The notes under the pieces are model-generated. The model had not been told where the DNA came from. It did no database searches and saw nothing but the letters and a program-made list of their open reading frames with translations. This document shows, piece after piece, positions 27,816 through 37,486 of a DNA stretch of 64,000 nucleotides. Source of the stretch: Candidatus Latescibacterota bacterium (GTDB lineage Bacteria > Latescibacterota > UBA2968 > GCA-2709665). Each line of letters opens with the position of its first letter. Within the stretch, counting starts at the first letter, position 1. Position numbers and translations under genes: made by a program. The stretch lies in assembly GCA_963667175.2 (NCBI GenBank), contig CAXXXF010000018.1, positions 128,001 to 192,000 on the forward strand, read 5' to 3'.

Positions 27816-30101
27816 GTGGCTGTTTCCGCCCATCCACCGGAATCCAACAGGGTTACCTTCGCCCGGAGTCTGGGCTGTTTCGACGCATCGATGATCGGAA
27901 TCGGCGCGATGATCGGCGCGGGGATCTTCGTGCTGACCGGAATCGCCGCGGGCGAGGCGGGTCCGGCGTCGATCCTGGCGTTTGCGCTCAACGGCCTGGT
28001 GACGTTGATGACGGCGTTCTGCTATGCCGAACTCGCCTCGGCGATTCCCGAGGCCGGCGGCGGATATTCCTTCGTCAAGAAAGCGTTTCCCGGACCGGTG
28101 GGATTCCTGTCCGGATGGATGCTCTGGTTCGCCTATACGGTGGCGTGCAGTCTCTACGCGTTGGGATTCGCCGGCTACTTCTGGGAGTTTTTTCACAAGT
28201 ACATGCCGGATGTCAGCCACGCCATTCAGGCGACCGCGGGCGTACAGCCTTCCGTTGCGCTTGTGACGGTAATCGTCAGCAGCGTCTTCGTCTGGTTGAA
28301 CGTCCGCGGCACGGAGGTAACGGGCAAGGCGGAGAATGTGATTACCATCTCCAAGATTCTCGTGCTTCTGGTATTTGTCTGGTACGGACTGGCGCACATT
28401 TTCGCGGCCCCCGAACAGGCTGCGAAGAGTTTCTCCCCCTTCTTCCCGAAGGGATTGGGGGGCGTACTCGTGGCCATGGGACTGACGTTTATCGCCTTTG
28501 AAGGCTACGATCTGATCGCGACGGTTGCCGAAGAGATCAAACAACCCGAAACCAATATTCCAAAGGCCACGTTCATTTCCCTGGGCGTGACCGTGGTTGT
28601 CTATCTGCTGATCGTTTTTGTCTCACTCGGCGCGGTTCAACCGGAGGCGACGACGTCGTGGGAGTTTCTGGGCCAGTACAAGGAAACGGCGATCGTGAAA
28701 GCGGCGGACAGTTTCATGCCTGCGTTCGGCGTGGCAACCATCGTATTCGGCGGGCTTCTGTCCACCATGTCCGCACTGAACGCGACCGTGCTGGCCTCCA
28801 GCCGCGTGGCGTTCTCCATGGGCAGGGACCGCTGGCTGCCGCCGGGCATGGCCAGTATTCATGCGGACAGGCGGACGCCGCACATTGCGATTCTGGTTAC
28901 GGGCGCGATTCTGACGGGCATCGCGCTGCTTCTGCCCATCCACGTTGTGGGGTCTGCGGCCAGCCTCATGTTTCTGCTCACGTTTACGCTCGTAAATCTG
29001 TCGCTGCTCGTGCTTCGACGCCGGGCGCCGGAAATCACGCGAAGGTACAAAGTACCCCTCTTTCCCTGGCTGCCTCTGGTTGGGGCGGCTTCGAATATGC
29101 TTCTGGCGATTTACCAGTTTCGTTTCGATCCCATGGCCTGGTACGTTGCGCTGGGATGGATTGTGGTGGGGTTCTTCGCGTATACCGTCCACTTCCGGAA
29201 GGAGTCGGGTGAGGCCGAGCCTCACGTGCTGGATGCGCTGCCCCTGGAGACCGCCCGCGCGCCTTACAGGGTTTTGGTACCCGTGGCCAATCCGAATACC
29301 ATCGAGTCGCTGCTGGATATTTCCATTCCCATTGCAAAAGCGAAGAACGGCGATCTGATCGTCAGCACGACCGTGGAGGTGCCGATCCAGCTGCCCATCC
29401 AGGAAGGCATGAAATACATCAACCACCGGATGCCACTGTTGCGCGCGGCTCAGGCCTATACGCAGAAGCAGGACCTGCGCATCGTGTCGGACATAAGGGT
29501 GGCGCACCGGGTGGACGAAGGGATTCTCTCGGCCGTATCGGATGAGCACGCCGATCTGATGGTGGTCGGATGGAAAGGGTTTACCACCACGCGCGAGCGG
29601 ATATTCGGCGAGGTGCTCGACAGGGTGGTGAACCGGGCCACGGCCGACGTGGTGGTTGTCAAGCTGCAGGATCAGGCCAGGTTCGATCGCATTCTGCTGC
29701 CCACGGCGGGCGGGCCCCACACACGGTTCGCCGTTGAGCTGCTCGAACCGATCGTCGCGGCCTACGGTTCTCGTGTCACGGCCTGTTACGTCATCCCCGA
29801 AGGCGCGGACGCGGAGCGGGAAGAGGAGGCCATGGGATGGATGCGGCAGACTCTGAGGGACGCGAATCTGGGTGAGGTGGAGTGCCGCGCGATCCGGTCG
29901 CGGTCCGTACCGGCGGGCATCGTGAGGGCGGGAGCGGATTTCGATCTGGTCGTGATGGGCGCGGCCAATACGGGTTTATTCCAGCAACTCCTGTTCGGTG
30001 AAGTGCCGGACCGGGTGGGACGTTACGCCAAGACTTCCGTCATGCTGGTCAGAAAGCGCGAAGGACGCGGGAAGGCCTGGCTGAGGCGACTGATGAGTTG
30101 A
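27816..30101 (+). CDS. APC-family amino acid permease with two C-terminal universal-stress (USP) domains
   Basis: GIGAMIGAGIF, YAELASAIPEAGGGY, FIAFEGY; C-terminal RVLVPVANP and RILLPTAGGP...DLVVMGA. Confidence 0.92.
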   Translation: MAVSAHPPESNRVTFARSLGCFDASMIGIGAMIGAGIFVLTGIAAGEAGPASILAFALNGLVTLMTAFCYAELASAIPEAGGGYSFVKKAFPGPVGFLSGWMLWFAYTVACSLYALGFAGYFWEFFHKYMPDVSHAIQATAGVQPSVALVTVIVSSVFVWLNVRGTEVTGKAENVITISKILVLLVFVWYGLAHIFAAPEQAAKSFSPFFPKGLGGVLVAMGLTFIAFEGYDLIATVAEEIKQPETNIPKATFISLGVTVVVYLLIVFVSLGAVQPEATTSWEFLGQYKETAIVKAADSFMPAFGVATIVFGGLLSTMSALNATVLASSRVAFSMGRDRWLPPGMASIHADRRTPHIAILVTGAILTGIALLLPIHVVGSAASLMFLLTFTLVNLSLLVLRRRAPEITRRYKVPLFPWLPLVGAASNMLLAIYQFRFDPMAWYVALGWIVVGFFAYTVHFRKESGEAEPHVLDALPLETARAPYRVLVPVANPNTIESLLDISIPIAKAKNGDLIVSTTVEVPIQLPIQEGMKYINHRMPLLRAAQAYTQKQDLRIVSDIRVAHRVDEGILSAVSDEHADLMVVGWKGFTTTRERIFGEVLDRVVNRATADVVVVKLQDQARFDRILLPTAGGPHTRFAVELLEPIVAAYGSRVTACYVIPEGADAEREEEAMGWMRQTLRDANLGEVECRAIRSRSVPAGIVRAGADFDLVVMGAANTGLFQQLLFGEVPDRVGRYAKTSVMLVRKREGRGKAWLRRLMS

Positions 30102-30112
30102 GGGGAGTTACC

Positions 30113-31408
30113 ATGTTGAACGGAGGCGCAGTCACCCTGGACATTACGCCGCCGCTGGGGACGCTGATTCCGGGCCTGTTCCACGAACGCAGGGCGGAGG
30201 CGGTTCACGATCCGCTGCACGTGCGCAGTTTCGTGCTGGAGGAGAACGGCGCCGGAATTGCCATTGTCGTCTGCGATCTGGTCGGCGTCGCCCGGGCATA
30301 CCTGGACCGGGCGAAGGCGCGGATCGCCGAAACCGCCGGGCTGACGCCCGAGCGGGTGCTGATCTGCTGTACCCATACCCACTCCGGCGCCCAGACGGGC
30401 GATGACGCGTATACGGAATTCCTGCTGGAGCGGATCGCCGATTCCGTACGCCTGGCGTGGCGCGCGCGCGACGCGGTGTCGGTGGGCTGGGGACGCGCGG
30501 AAGAGGGCCGGCCGGTATTCAACCGGCGTTTTCATATGGCCGACGGCACGGTGCGGACCAACCCCGGCCTCCACAATCCGGACGTGCTGAAGCCCGCCGG
30601 GCCGGTGGATCCCGAGGTGGGTGTACTCTGTATTCAGAAACCGGATGGAAAGCCCGTGGGACTGATGTGCAACTATGCGCTGCACTACGTGGGCGGTGGA
30701 GACCACGAGCGGGAGATTTCCGCGGACTATTTCGGGTATTTTTCGAGTCTCATCCAGCGAATGCGAGGACAACGGTTTACCGCGGCGTTATCCAACGGCG
30801 CTTCCGGCGACATCAACAACCACGACGTTATCGGAGGAAGCCGGTGCGCGAACGACCGGCACCAGCATTCGGAGCGCGTCGCCGCACTGGTGGCTGCCCA
30901 CGCCTTCTGGGCGTGGAATGAAATGGACTTCGCCGGCGACGTGACGCTGGGCGCCGAAATGGTCGAGGTGGTCCTGCAGCGGAAAGCCGGACCTTCACCG
31001 GCGGATATCGCCCGTGCCCGTGCAATCGACGAAGAGGGCAGGGGCACCATGGCGGAGCGGGCATACGCCCGGCGGATACTGCGCCGGATGGCGGACGTGC
31101 CCGAGAAGACGCGAACCTGGGTGCAGGCCTTGCGGATCGGAGACCTCGCCCTTGTGGCCGTGCCGGGTGAATTGCTGGTAAGGCTCGGGCTGGAAGTCAA
31201 GAAACGGTCCCCTTTCGAGCAGACGATGGTGCTGGAGCTGGCCAACGACAGCGTGGGATATCTGCCCGACGAGCAGGCCTGTCGGGAAGGCGGGTACGAA
31301 CCCGAAGCGGCCCTGTTTGCGCCGGGTTCGGGCGAACAGATCGTGGATGCGGCCGTCGATCTGCTGGACCGGCTGCATCGCGCACCTACACCGTGCGGGA
31401 ACCGGTAA
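30113..31408 (+). CDS. Neutral/alkaline ceramidase-like hydrolase
   Basis: DITPPLG, VHDPLHVR, CTHTHSG, NYALH, ISADYFG, GASGDIN, GGYE. Confidence 0.8.
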   Translation: MLNGGAVTLDITPPLGTLIPGLFHERRAEAVHDPLHVRSFVLEENGAGIAIVVCDLVGVARAYLDRAKARIAETAGLTPERVLICCTHTHSGAQTGDDAYTEFLLERIADSVRLAWRARDAVSVGWGRAEEGRPVFNRRFHMADGTVRTNPGLHNPDVLKPAGPVDPEVGVLCIQKPDGKPVGLMCNYALHYVGGGDHEREISADYFGYFSSLIQRMRGQRFTAALSNGASGDINNHDVIGGSRCANDRHQHSERVAALVAAHAFWAWNEMDFAGDVTLGAEMVEVVLQRKAGPSPADIARARAIDEEGRGTMAERAYARRILRRMADVPEKTRTWVQALRIGDLALVAVPGELLVRLGLEVKKRSPFEQTMVLELANDSVGYLPDEQACREGGYEPEAALFAPGSGEQIVDAAVDLLDRLHRAPTPCGNR

Positions 31409-31450
31409 CAGGAAACGGTGCCGCCCGGACAAGGAACATAAGGAGGAGAT

Positions 31451-32494
31451 ATGTCGGACAAGGTACGCATCGGCGTGATCGGCGCCGGAGGTATTTTCCG
31501 GAGCCGTCACTTCCCGGGGCTGGCGAAGATCGGAAACGCGGAAGTGGTTGCCATCTGCAACCGGAGCGAGGAGAGCGCGGGGGCGATCGCGCAAGAGTTC
31601 GGCCTTTCGCCGAGGCTGATGACCGATCCGTATGCGTTGATCGCAAGCGAGGACGTGGACGCCGTGATGATCGGCACCTGGCCGTACAGGCACTGCGAAT
31701 TCGTGCTGGCGTCCCTGGACGCCGGAAAGCACGTCTTCGTGCAGGCGCGGATGGCGATGAACCTGCGGGAGGCGAAGGCCATGTACGCCAGGGCGCGGGA
31801 ATCCGGCCTTGTCACGCAGATCTGTCCGTCACCCATGGCGATGAAGGGTGACTGGTTCATTCAGCGGCTGATCCGCGAGGGATACCTGGGCGACGTCTAC
31901 CATGTCTATACCCGATCGTTCAGCGGCGACAATTGCGATCCCGATCAACCTCTGCACTGGCGGCAGATCGACCGGTATTCCGGATTGAACGCGCTGAACA
32001 TGGGCATCCTGGTGGAAATCGTGCAGCGCTGGGCAGGCCAGATGAAGAGTATCTCGGCACAGGCCGAAACGTTTATTCGATCCCGCCCGCTGGCCGACGG
32101 CCGGGGGACGGGGCCGGTGGAGCGCCCGGATACCGTGCATATCATGGGGCAGATGGAAAACGGCGCGCAGGCCGCGTTTCTGTTTTCCTCCGTGGCGCGG
32201 TTCGGCGTGGATCCGCAGGTGGAACTGTACGGCAGCGACGGGACCCTGATCTACAAACTTGACAACGACACCATTCTGGGCGGGCGGGCCAGAGACAGCG
32301 GTCTTTCGGAGATTCCCATACCGGATGACGAAGTCCGCGAGTGGACCGTGGAGCAGGATTTCGTGAGCGCAATTCAGGGCGGGCCTCCCGGGGATACCAC
32401 CTTCGAGGCGGGCGTAAACTATATGGCGTTTACCGAAGCGGTGTTCAGATCCGTGGAACGGGGAGGCGTGGCGCATCTGCCCCTGGTGGATTGA
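31451..32494 (+). CDS. Gfo/Idh/MocA family oxidoreductase
   Basis: VRIGVIGAGGI Rossmann fold; DVDAVMIGT; AGKHVFVQARMA. Confidence 0.9.
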   Translation: MSDKVRIGVIGAGGIFRSRHFPGLAKIGNAEVVAICNRSEESAGAIAQEFGLSPRLMTDPYALIASEDVDAVMIGTWPYRHCEFVLASLDAGKHVFVQARMAMNLREAKAMYARARESGLVTQICPSPMAMKGDWFIQRLIREGYLGDVYHVYTRSFSGDNCDPDQPLHWRQIDRYSGLNALNMGILVEIVQRWAGQMKSISAQAETFIRSRPLADGRGTGPVERPDTVHIMGQMENGAQAAFLFSSVARFGVDPQVELYGSDGTLIYKLDNDTILGGRARDSGLSEIPIPDDEVREWTVEQDFVSAIQGGPPGDTTFEAGVNYMAFTEAVFRSVERGGVAHLPLVD

Positions 32495-32622
32495 GCGCAC
32501 TTTCCGAAAGGGCCGGTCTCACGGCAGTGGAATGTCGAATCGCGGTGGCGAAATCGATGGAAACCGGCCGGCCCGCGAGGGTGGTGACGGAATTCTGAGA
32601 GGATCGCGGAGGGGTCTGCGGA

Positions 32623-33471
32623 ATGGGTGACGTACGGCTGGTGGCTTTCGACCTGGACGGTACGCTGCTCGACGACCGGGGGCGGATGTCAGATGCGTCG
32701 GTCGAGGCGCTGCGGCGGCTGGCACGGGCCGGCATCGCGCTGGCGTCGATCAGCGGCCGGAACGTGGGAAAGAGCCTGGCGCCGTTTTCGCACGACCTGA
32801 GAGCGGCGCTGCACGTGGGCAGCTACAATGGCGCGATGGTGATGGGAACGGGCGCGGACGGCGAGCGGCCGCTGTTGCACGAACAGCGACTGCCTCGTGA
32901 CGGCCTTCCCGATCTGCTGGAATTTTTCGGCGACAACCGGGTGAACTTCATCTATTGCCGGTGCGAGGCGGATGGCGGCGGTCTCAACGAGGCCTATCTG
33001 ACGGACGAGGAAACCGGGTGCATCCGCAATCTGGTGCGGATGACCGGAGTAAATATCGTGCTTGAAGCGGATCTGCTGGCCAGGGCGCGCGACTTCGTTC
33101 CGCCGCCAAAGATGATCTTGCTGCCGGGTCCCGCCCGAAGGGAAGCTCTGTTCGACCGGATGCGGGCGGCGTTCGGACGCCGGTTCTACCTCGCCCGCAC
33201 GGGTGACGACCGGATTGAAGTCATGCACACAGAGGTGAACAAGGCGGTGGCTTTGCGGAAGCTCTGCGAGGCCTGCGATGTCTCACCCTCGCAGGCCATG
33301 GCGATTGGCGACGGGGACAATGATCTGCCGATGCTGAGGGAGGCGGGCATTGGCGTGCTGATGGGAAACGCGGACGGACTGACCCGGAAATCGGCGGATG
33401 CCGCGGGCGTGCGGATGGCCGAGTCGCTTGCGGAAAACGGGTTTTCAAAAGCCGTTGCGAGGTACGTGTAG
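32623..33471 (+). CDS. Cof-type HAD hydrolase
   Basis: FDLDGTLL, SGR, NKAVAL, GDGDNDLPML. Confidence 0.92.
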   Translation: MGDVRLVAFDLDGTLLDDRGRMSDASVEALRRLARAGIALASISGRNVGKSLAPFSHDLRAALHVGSYNGAMVMGTGADGERPLLHEQRLPRDGLPDLLEFFGDNRVNFIYCRCEADGGGLNEAYLTDEETGCIRNLVRMTGVNIVLEADLLARARDFVPPPKMILLPGPARREALFDRMRAAFGRRFYLARTGDDRIEVMHTEVNKAVALRKLCEACDVSPSQAMAIGDGDNDLPMLREAGIGVLMGNADGLTRKSADAAGVRMAESLAENGFSKAVARYV

Positions 33472-33490
33472 GGGACCACACAACTGCGTT

Positions 33491-34258
33491 CTATTCAAGG
33501 CGGCTTCCCGATTCCTCCGCGATCTGCGCGTGAAGGTCCGCGCTGCTGGACAGTATGTGTTCCTCCATGGCCTGCTGCGCGGCGTCGGCGTCCCCTTTCC
33601 GGAGGGCGCGCAGGACTCTCCCGTGCTCGTCCAGGGACATCCGGGCCCGCTCCTCCACCGTGTGGGTTGCGGGATCTGCAAGGCTGGCCTTGATCCACTG
33701 CTGAAGGTAGTTGCGTATCATGACGAGGAGGTTGCGGAGGATCGAATTCTGGGTAGCCCGGGCAATGGCCAGGTGGAACTGAACGTCGAATTCCAGGAAT
33801 TCACCGGGTTGATCGAGTGATGCTTCGATTCCCCGGATTGTCCGGTCGAGTTCCCAGAGATCGGCCTCCGTGGCGCGCGACGCGGCGAGGAAGGCGTTCC
33901 GCGTCTCCAGCATCAGCCGGGTTTCGACGAGATCCTTGACTTCCTTCGGATCCAGCAGCAGTCCCCAACTCAGGGATTTCTCCAGGTAACGGCCGGTGTC
34001 GTCGCTAACGAACGTGCCTTCTCCGACACGGCTTTCCAGGATGCCCATCACGGAGAGCGAGCGGAGCGCTTCTCTGAGAGAGGTGCGACCGACCTCGAAC
34101 TGTTTGCACAGGCTTCGTTCGGGCGGCAGCCGATCGCCCGGTTTCAGCACGTCCCGGGAGATGAGGTCGATGATCTGGGAGACGATTTCGTCGCTCAGGG
34201 ACGTCCGTTTGACGGGTGTCATCTGCTCGATGGCCGGGGGAGGGCGTTGCAGGTTCAC
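33491..34258 (-). CDS. GntR/FadR family transcriptional regulator
   Basis: GDRLPPER...VGRTSLREAL...GEGTFV wHTH; FCD domain (DVQFHLAIARATQN, EH). Confidence 0.93.
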   Translation of the reverse strand: MNLQRPPPAIEQMTPVKRTSLSDEIVSQIIDLISRDVLKPGDRLPPERSLCKQFEVGRTSLREALRSLSVMGILESRVGEGTFVSDDTGRYLEKSLSWGLLLDPKEVKDLVETRLMLETRNAFLAASRATEADLWELDRTIRGIEASLDQPGEFLEFDVQFHLAIARATQNSILRNLLVMIRNYLQQWIKASLADPATHTVEERARMSLDEHGRVLRALRKGDADAAQQAMEEHILSSSADLHAQIAEESGSRLE

Positions 34259-34270
34259 GCGAGATTTCCC

Positions 34271-34322
34271 TTTACAAAGACACGTTCTTGGGTTAATCTT
34301 ATATACAAAATTGGTCTGACCA
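34271..34322 (+). promoter_or_regulatory. Promoter of the methyltransferase operon with FadR-type operator
   Basis: TTTACA(34271)-N17-TAATCT(34294); TGGTCTGACCA palindrome at 34312-34322. Confidence 0.75.
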
Positions 34323-34391
34323 TCATCACATCAGTAAAAGAACAGACCGGGTACCACGCTGTCAAGAGAAAACTTGCCGGAGGATGGCGCG

Positions 34392-35021
34392 ATGGGCCGA
34401 ACCGTCGATATCGGAACGCGCATCGAACTGGTGCCGATGGATCCGCACTTCCACGAAATCACAATTGGTCTTTACCTGCAGGAGCACAACGGCGCTCCCG
34501 TGTATCGCGTACACACGTACAGCGGAAGATCGGGCGTCGACCAGCGAATCGCGTTCGTCTCCAACGCGATGGCGGTGTTGGGCGGAATGCGGCAGACAAC
34601 TGACGGCCTTCTGCGATTTCCGTGCGGCGATGCGCACCTGCTGGCCTGTCGGCGTGTCTTTCTGGAAGCATGCAAGCTGACCTCCGGCGGCGAGCTCAAA
34701 GCCCGGCCTTTGACAATCCTCGACAGGAAGTCGGGATTGAACATAACGGTGTCGCCCGCGGGTGACGGCGTGTACCGGATTGGCGCCGAAGGTGAGGGCA
34801 AGGACGGCGCGCGAAGGGTTGCGGCGATTGCGGGCGGGCTGGTGAAGCTCGGAGAAATGCAGTCTCGAGGCCCGGACACGGTCGCTTTCGCGTGCGGGCA
34901 GGCGCATGACGCCGTGGTGGGGCTTCTTCTGGTTCGCGCACCGAACGTCCGGGCAGCGGTTCGTGAACGGGAAATGGCAGGCACTCGGGGCGTTCTGGCG
35001 GCGCCCAGCGAGCAGCGTTAG
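34392..35021 (+). CDS. Hypothetical protein with internal duplication and two FxCGxAH motifs
   Basis: GGAGG RBS; first gene of the operon; FPCGDAH and FACGQAH in repeated halves. Confidence 0.7.
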   Translation: MGRTVDIGTRIELVPMDPHFHEITIGLYLQEHNGAPVYRVHTYSGRSGVDQRIAFVSNAMAVLGGMRQTTDGLLRFPCGDAHLLACRRVFLEACKLTSGGELKARPLTILDRKSGLNITVSPAGDGVYRIGAEGEGKDGARRVAAIAGGLVKLGEMQSRGPDTVAFACGQAHDAVVGLLLVRAPNVRAAVREREMAGTRGVLAAPSEQR

Positions 35022-35056
35022 TCGATAAACAAGATTCCAGACAGGAGATTCGGAAT

Positions 35057-36094
35057 ATGGCGACTCAGACAGTGGGTCCGATGACCGGTCGGGAGCGGGT
35101 TCTGGCGGCGCTGAACCGGGAGCCGGTGGACCGGACGCCGGTATGCAATCCCACGTCCGTGGCGACGGTGGAGCTGATGGATCTCGTGGACGCGCCGTTT
35201 CCTCACGCGAACAGGAACGCGGAACTGATGGCCCGGCTGGCCGCGACCGGGCACACCGAGTTGGGGTTCGATACGATCATGCCCGTGTTCACGATCATCC
35301 AGGAGTCGTCTGCACTGGGTTGCAAGATCCAGTGGGAACAGAAAGACAACTGGCCCACGGTGAGGATGCGCGAGCCCATCTGGGAAGACGTGGACGACGT
35401 CCACGTTCCGCCCGACTTTCTCACGCACCAGGATACGAAGTGCGTGCTGGATGCGATCCGGATTCTGAAGAAGGAATACGGGGACGACGTGGCGATTATC
35501 GGAAAGACGATGGGCCCATGGTCGCTGGGATATCACTGCTTCGGGGTGGAGCCCTTTCTGCTCATGTCTCTGGACGACCCGGGCAAGACGAAGGCGTGCC
35601 TGGACAGAATGAAGGAAGCGACGGTGGACTTCGGGGTGGCGCAGATCGAGGCCGGCGCGGATGCGCTCACGCTTCCGGATCATGCGACGGGCGACCTGGT
35701 GAGCGGGGAGTACTACAAGCGGTATCTTCGCGACCTTCACATTGAATTCGTGGAGCGGATCCCCATTCCGCTGATTCTGCACATCTGCGGACGTACCGTG
35801 GATCGGATGGAATATATCGCACAGACGGGGATGTCCGCGTTCCATTTCGACTCCAAGAACGAGCCGGAAGAATCCATGGCGGTCGTAAAGGAGCGGATCT
35901 CGCTGGTGGGCAACGTCAACAATCCTGAAACGCTGTTTTCCAAAGGGCCAGAGGCGGTCCGTCAGGAGGTCGTCAGCAACCTGGACGCCGGCGTGCATCT
36001 CGTCGGTCCCGAGTGCGCGATCCCTCTGCAGACGTCAATAGAGAACCTGAAGGAGATCCCCGGGGCCGTCCGCGACTGGCACCGGGAGCAGTAA
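35057..36094 (+). CDS. MtaA/CmuA-family (URO-D fold) Zn-dependent corrinoid methyltransferase
   Basis: MTGRERVLAAL, ESSALGC, QIEAGAD, LHICG and GPECAI zinc ligands. Confidence 0.9.
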   Translation: MATQTVGPMTGRERVLAALNREPVDRTPVCNPTSVATVELMDLVDAPFPHANRNAELMARLAATGHTELGFDTIMPVFTIIQESSALGCKIQWEQKDNWPTVRMREPIWEDVDDVHVPPDFLTHQDTKCVLDAIRILKKEYGDDVAIIGKTMGPWSLGYHCFGVEPFLLMSLDDPGKTKACLDRMKEATVDFGVAQIEAGADALTLPDHATGDLVSGEYYKRYLRDLHIEFVERIPIPLILHICGRTVDRMEYIAQTGMSAFHFDSKNEPEESMAVVKERISLVGNVNNPETLFSKGPEAVRQEVVSNLDAGVHLVGPECAIPLQTSIENLKEIPGAVRDWHREQ

Positions 36095-36240
36095 AACCAA
36101 AAAGCACGAGAAAATCGCGAGAAAACGAGAGAGGCACGAGAAAACGAGGAAAACCGAAAAGCGCGACAAATGCTCGAGAAGACGAGGTACGGCTGAAATG
36201 CATAACCTGAAATTCACGGGGATGGACAGGATAGAGGGGA
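36094..36240 (+). repeat. Purine-rich degenerate short-unit repeat tract
   Basis: gcacgagaaaa/cgcgagaaaa/cgaggaaaa units. Confidence 0.5.
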
Positions 36241-36246
36241 AGGAGC

Positions 36247-37020
36247 GTGATGGCGGAACTCACTGATATCGGTAATGAATTCATCCGTGACGAAATCGAG
36301 GAGTTTCTGGAGCGCGAGGACGAGCGGGAGCGAGCGATCGCCACGTTTGCCGGTGTCACCCCCGAAATGCAGGCGATTGCCGCGGCTCTGATCGACGGCG
36401 ACCATCACGAGGTGGACGCGCTCACCAAGAACGCACTGGATGCGGGTACCGGGGCGCTGGAGGTGATGGACGACGGGCTCATCTCGGGAATGGGCATCGT
36501 TGGGATCAAATTCCGAGAGAACTTCATCTTCGTCCCGGAAGTGCTGGCCTGCGCCCGGGCGATGAAGGCCGGGATGGCCTATATTGAGCCGATTCTGTCC
36601 GCATCGGGGGTCGAGCCGATCGGCACGGTCATTATGGGTACGGTAAAGGGCGACCTGCACGATATCGGAAAGAACCTCTGCATCATGATGCTTCGCGGCG
36701 CAGGGTTTGTGGTCCACGATCTGGGGGTGGACACGTCGGAAGACGAATTCCTGGATGCCGTGGAGGAGCACGGCGCGCCGCTGCTGGGGATGTCGGCGCT
36801 GTTGACGACGACCATGCCCAATATGGAAAAAACGATCGAGGCGTTCATCGACTCGGATATGCGCGAAGACGTCAAGATCATGGTGGGGGGCGCGCCCGTC
36901 ACGCAGGAATTCGCCGACGATATGGGCGCCGACGGGTACGGTAAAGACGCCATGGCGTGCGTGTCCCTGGCCAAGGACCTGCTCGACGAGACGAAGGCCG
37001 AGACCAACCTGAACGCGTGA
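36247..37020 (+). CDS. Corrinoid (B12-binding) protein with cap domain and acidic N-terminal extension
   Basis: GTVKGDLHDIGKNL (DxHxxG), SALLTTTM, VGGAP; FVPEVL cap. Confidence 0.95.
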   Translation: MMAELTDIGNEFIRDEIEEFLEREDERERAIATFAGVTPEMQAIAAALIDGDHHEVDALTKNALDAGTGALEVMDDGLISGMGIVGIKFRENFIFVPEVLACARAMKAGMAYIEPILSASGVEPIGTVIMGTVKGDLHDIGKNLCIMMLRGAGFVVHDLGVDTSEDEFLDAVEEHGAPLLGMSALLTTTMPNMEKTIEAFIDSDMREDVKIMVGGAPVTQEFADDMGADGYGKDAMACVSLAKDLLDETKAETNLNA

Positions 37021-37304
37021 GCCCGACCGTGCAGAAAATCGACAAAGAGGAATATCAGAAGCGGCTGGACAGAATCACCGAACTGTTCGCCGGCATGATC
37101 GCCCATGCCGATGAACTTTCAACCGTGCGGTGCCCGTACAAGAACCGTTTCGATGAGTGTACGGCGAAGTTCGGCTGCAGAAACCAGCGAAGGCCCCGCC
37201 CGGGCGGGACGCTGCTGACGTGCGGCGGGGACGACAAGCTCGACTATCGCGGCGCATGGGAGACGGAAGCGAAACCGTGTGCGTACGTCGGGAGCGAGGA
37301 ATAG
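37017..37304 (+). CDS. Small Cys-rich protein
   Basis: GTGA overlap with the corrinoid gene; RCPYKNRFDECTAKFGCRNQ...TCGGDDKLDYR. Confidence 0.7.
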   Translation: MSPTVQKIDKEEYQKRLDRITELFAGMIAHADELSTVRCPYKNRFDECTAKFGCRNQRRPRPGGTLLTCGGDDKLDYRGAWETEAKPCAYVGSEE

Positions 37305-37465
37305 TGCTCTGTCCCGGAAATATCTCACCATTCTTCCGACGATTCATCCCGTCTCGCGGCGTTGCCCTCGCTCGCAGACCTTAGCAGGTCGCCTGCGCTC
37401 GGGCGCCTTGCGATACGGGCGCCTCGTCAGCCGAATTCAGGCAACCTATTTCCTGGACAGAACAC
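37304..37465. mobile_element. MITE-like element with 19-bp terminal inverted repeats
   Basis: gtgctctgtcccggaaata (37304-37322) versus tatttcctggacagaacac (37447-37465), 17/19 match; internal hairpins. Confidence 0.75.
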
Positions 37466-37486
37466 GATAGAGTACTGGAACGCCGC

